Assembly: GCF_009914755.1 (NCBI RefSeq)
Contig: NC_060925.1
From: the human T2T-CHM13v2.0 reference genome, Homo sapiens
Length of the DNA stretch: 64,000 nt
Strand: one strand, 5' to 3'
The notes under the pieces are model-generated. The model had not been told where the DNA came from. It ran no database searches and saw only the letters and a program-made list of their open reading frames with translations. Both the position numbers and the translations under genes were made by a program. Of the stretch, positions 56,407-64,000 are shown piece after piece (position 1 is the stretch's first letter; each line of letters starts with the position of its first letter).

Positions 56407-56590
56407 CAGAGGTCGGCAAACGGTGGCCCACAGGCCACATCTGGACTGCAACCTGTTTTTACAAATAAATTTTATAGGAACACAGACATACTCATTTGCT
56501 GTAAAAGCATGTATCCATGCTTTGGGGCTATAAGGGTAGAGGTGAGTAGTTGTGACCATCTGGCCCACGCAGCCTAAAATGTTTACTACC
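56407..56590 (+). mobile_element. MER58A, right end missing
   Basis: CAGAGGTCGGCAAAC...GGCCCACAGGCCACATCTGG...GCCTAAAATGTTTACTA. Confidence 0.85.
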
Positions 56591-56946
56591 TCACATAGTA
56601 AATCATTGATTTGAGTAAATGTTTTTTACCCAATGATTTGAGTAAAAGGAGTAAAAGACTTTGTTTTGAGGGGTAAACTGCTGCTGTATTTTATTATTAG
56701 GAAAAAAGCAATTTCAAGGAAAAAACAAAAAACAAAAACAATCATATATAGAAGATTTAAAATACTGCACTTCCAATCCCAATCCACAGTATTCCATCAA
56801 AAAATCACTGACCCAATAAATGACTGTCCAAGTACAAAGTGATAGGCAGATGCCTAATTCAGAATGACAACCTTAAGACACTGAATTCCGAACCATTTTT
56901 AAAGTTGTAAAACTCCAAACCACTATAAAGGATGTAAAACACATCA

Positions 56947-57552
<606 letters not shown>

Positions 57553-58129
57553 AACACCATTAATTTTTAAGTACACTAATATATTGGAAATTTTCTAAAA
57601 CAAAGCTTGAAACAACTATCACCAAAAGTTCTGTAACACAAAGAGTCAATACCACTGAACACAGTGTTTTCACCTGTAACGGAGTAAACATTCTCATTTC
57701 AGAATATTATTGAAATAGTTAAGGTATTATCATGAGGTACAGTACCTGACACAGAATGGGTACTTATTTAAAAAAAAATTTTTTTTTAAAAGGATGACTG
57801 TAAGGGGTCATTCCCCATGGATTATGGATAATTAGGGCCTTACCTTCTCAATAATGCAAAACTACATTTTCAATATTGTAGCATCACTGAATGTTTTGTC
57901 CAAAACTAGATTTAGAGAAAATGTCACCTACTGATTGAGAGCACAGTCTCGAGAAGCAGACTGCCTCAGTCTACTTATAGCCCTACTACGTACTAGCTCT
58001 GTCCTCAGTTTCCTCATCTGCGAAATAACTATACTTAACAATCCATGAAGAACAAGGGAAGGGTACAGTGACGTAGAACAACACTGTGGCAAACTGTAAG
58101 CACTCAACAAAATGCTGTATTTTAAAAAC

Positions 58130-59739
<1,610 letters not shown>

Positions 59740-59954
59740 TTACTGCTACTTGAGATATTTGTTCCTGATATATAAACTCTGTTTTACTTTATCCTCTTGA
59801 AGCATCATTCTAAGTAAAATCTTACAAAGTAAACTTACAAATCCAGCAAGGAAAAAAAATTAGATTACATACTGTACCTTGCTCTGATAAGAACTTTACA
59901 ACGGCTTTGAGGAACTCAACAAGGAAAATCAGTGTTTCCAAGAAGAAGAAATTC

Positions 59955-61371
<1,417 letters not shown>

Positions 61372-61774
61372 TCACAAAAGAACTGCCATAGAATTTTAAC
61401 AGAATGATCTCTAATGATCTTTCCCACTCATTTACTCAAGTCTTTGACATCAGCTCATAGCCTTCCTTCTCAACAGGATCCTATCATAATCCAGGGTGAT
61501 GGCAACAAAAATGTACTCATCTAACCAGGTACCTTGTTCCTAGGTGTCCTCTCTCCACGAATCCACACACGCAGCCAAACTTGCTCTACCTCTAAAGCCA
61601 TTCATTCGAGGCATCCCATTCTCTAGCCATAATCACTAGCAATCCTGAATATTCGAGATGCATTTGTTCTCCAGCCTCAACTGTACCTGTCTTTCTTTGG
61701 TCCTCAGTTTTCTTCATTTCAGCATCTTTCAGATTTCACTTCTACTTTCTCTGGTTTATACTCACTGCTTGTAG

Positions 61775-64000
<2,226 letters not shown>

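Overview
Primate, most likely human, genomic DNA with no protein-coding exon that I can support. About 59 Alu elements or fragments (roughly a quarter of the window, estimated by eye) explain most of the supplied ORFs. They are mixed with old L1/HAL1, L2, MIR, MaLR/ERV solo LTRs (MLT1, MSTA, two THE1D-like, MER34/39-like) and DNA transposon relics (Tigger1, MER2, Tigger3, MER47, MER3, MER5, MER58). The only gene-derived sequence is an RPL7 processed pseudogene (37864-38545, + strand) with an intact 5' TOP leader but no 3' end or poly(A). Nearly all L1, MaLR and retrocopy inserts lie on the + strand and unique sequence looks A-rich on +, which suggests a long intron of a gene transcribed on the - strand. 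From memory only, a similarly truncated RPL7 retrocopy (RPL7P11) lies in an intron of RERE at 1p36; I could not verify this. I found no convincing novel biological system. The best leads are: a ~3 kb repeat-free island (about 39.9-43.2 kb) with consensus minus-strand splice sites and a 148-codon ORF in strong Kozak context; a 55-nt TSD-flanked orphan insertion; two old diverged short duplications; a perfect 14-bp hairpin; and an Alu whose tail is replaced by a G-quadruplex motif. Repeat boundaries and subfamily names were assigned by eye and are approximate.
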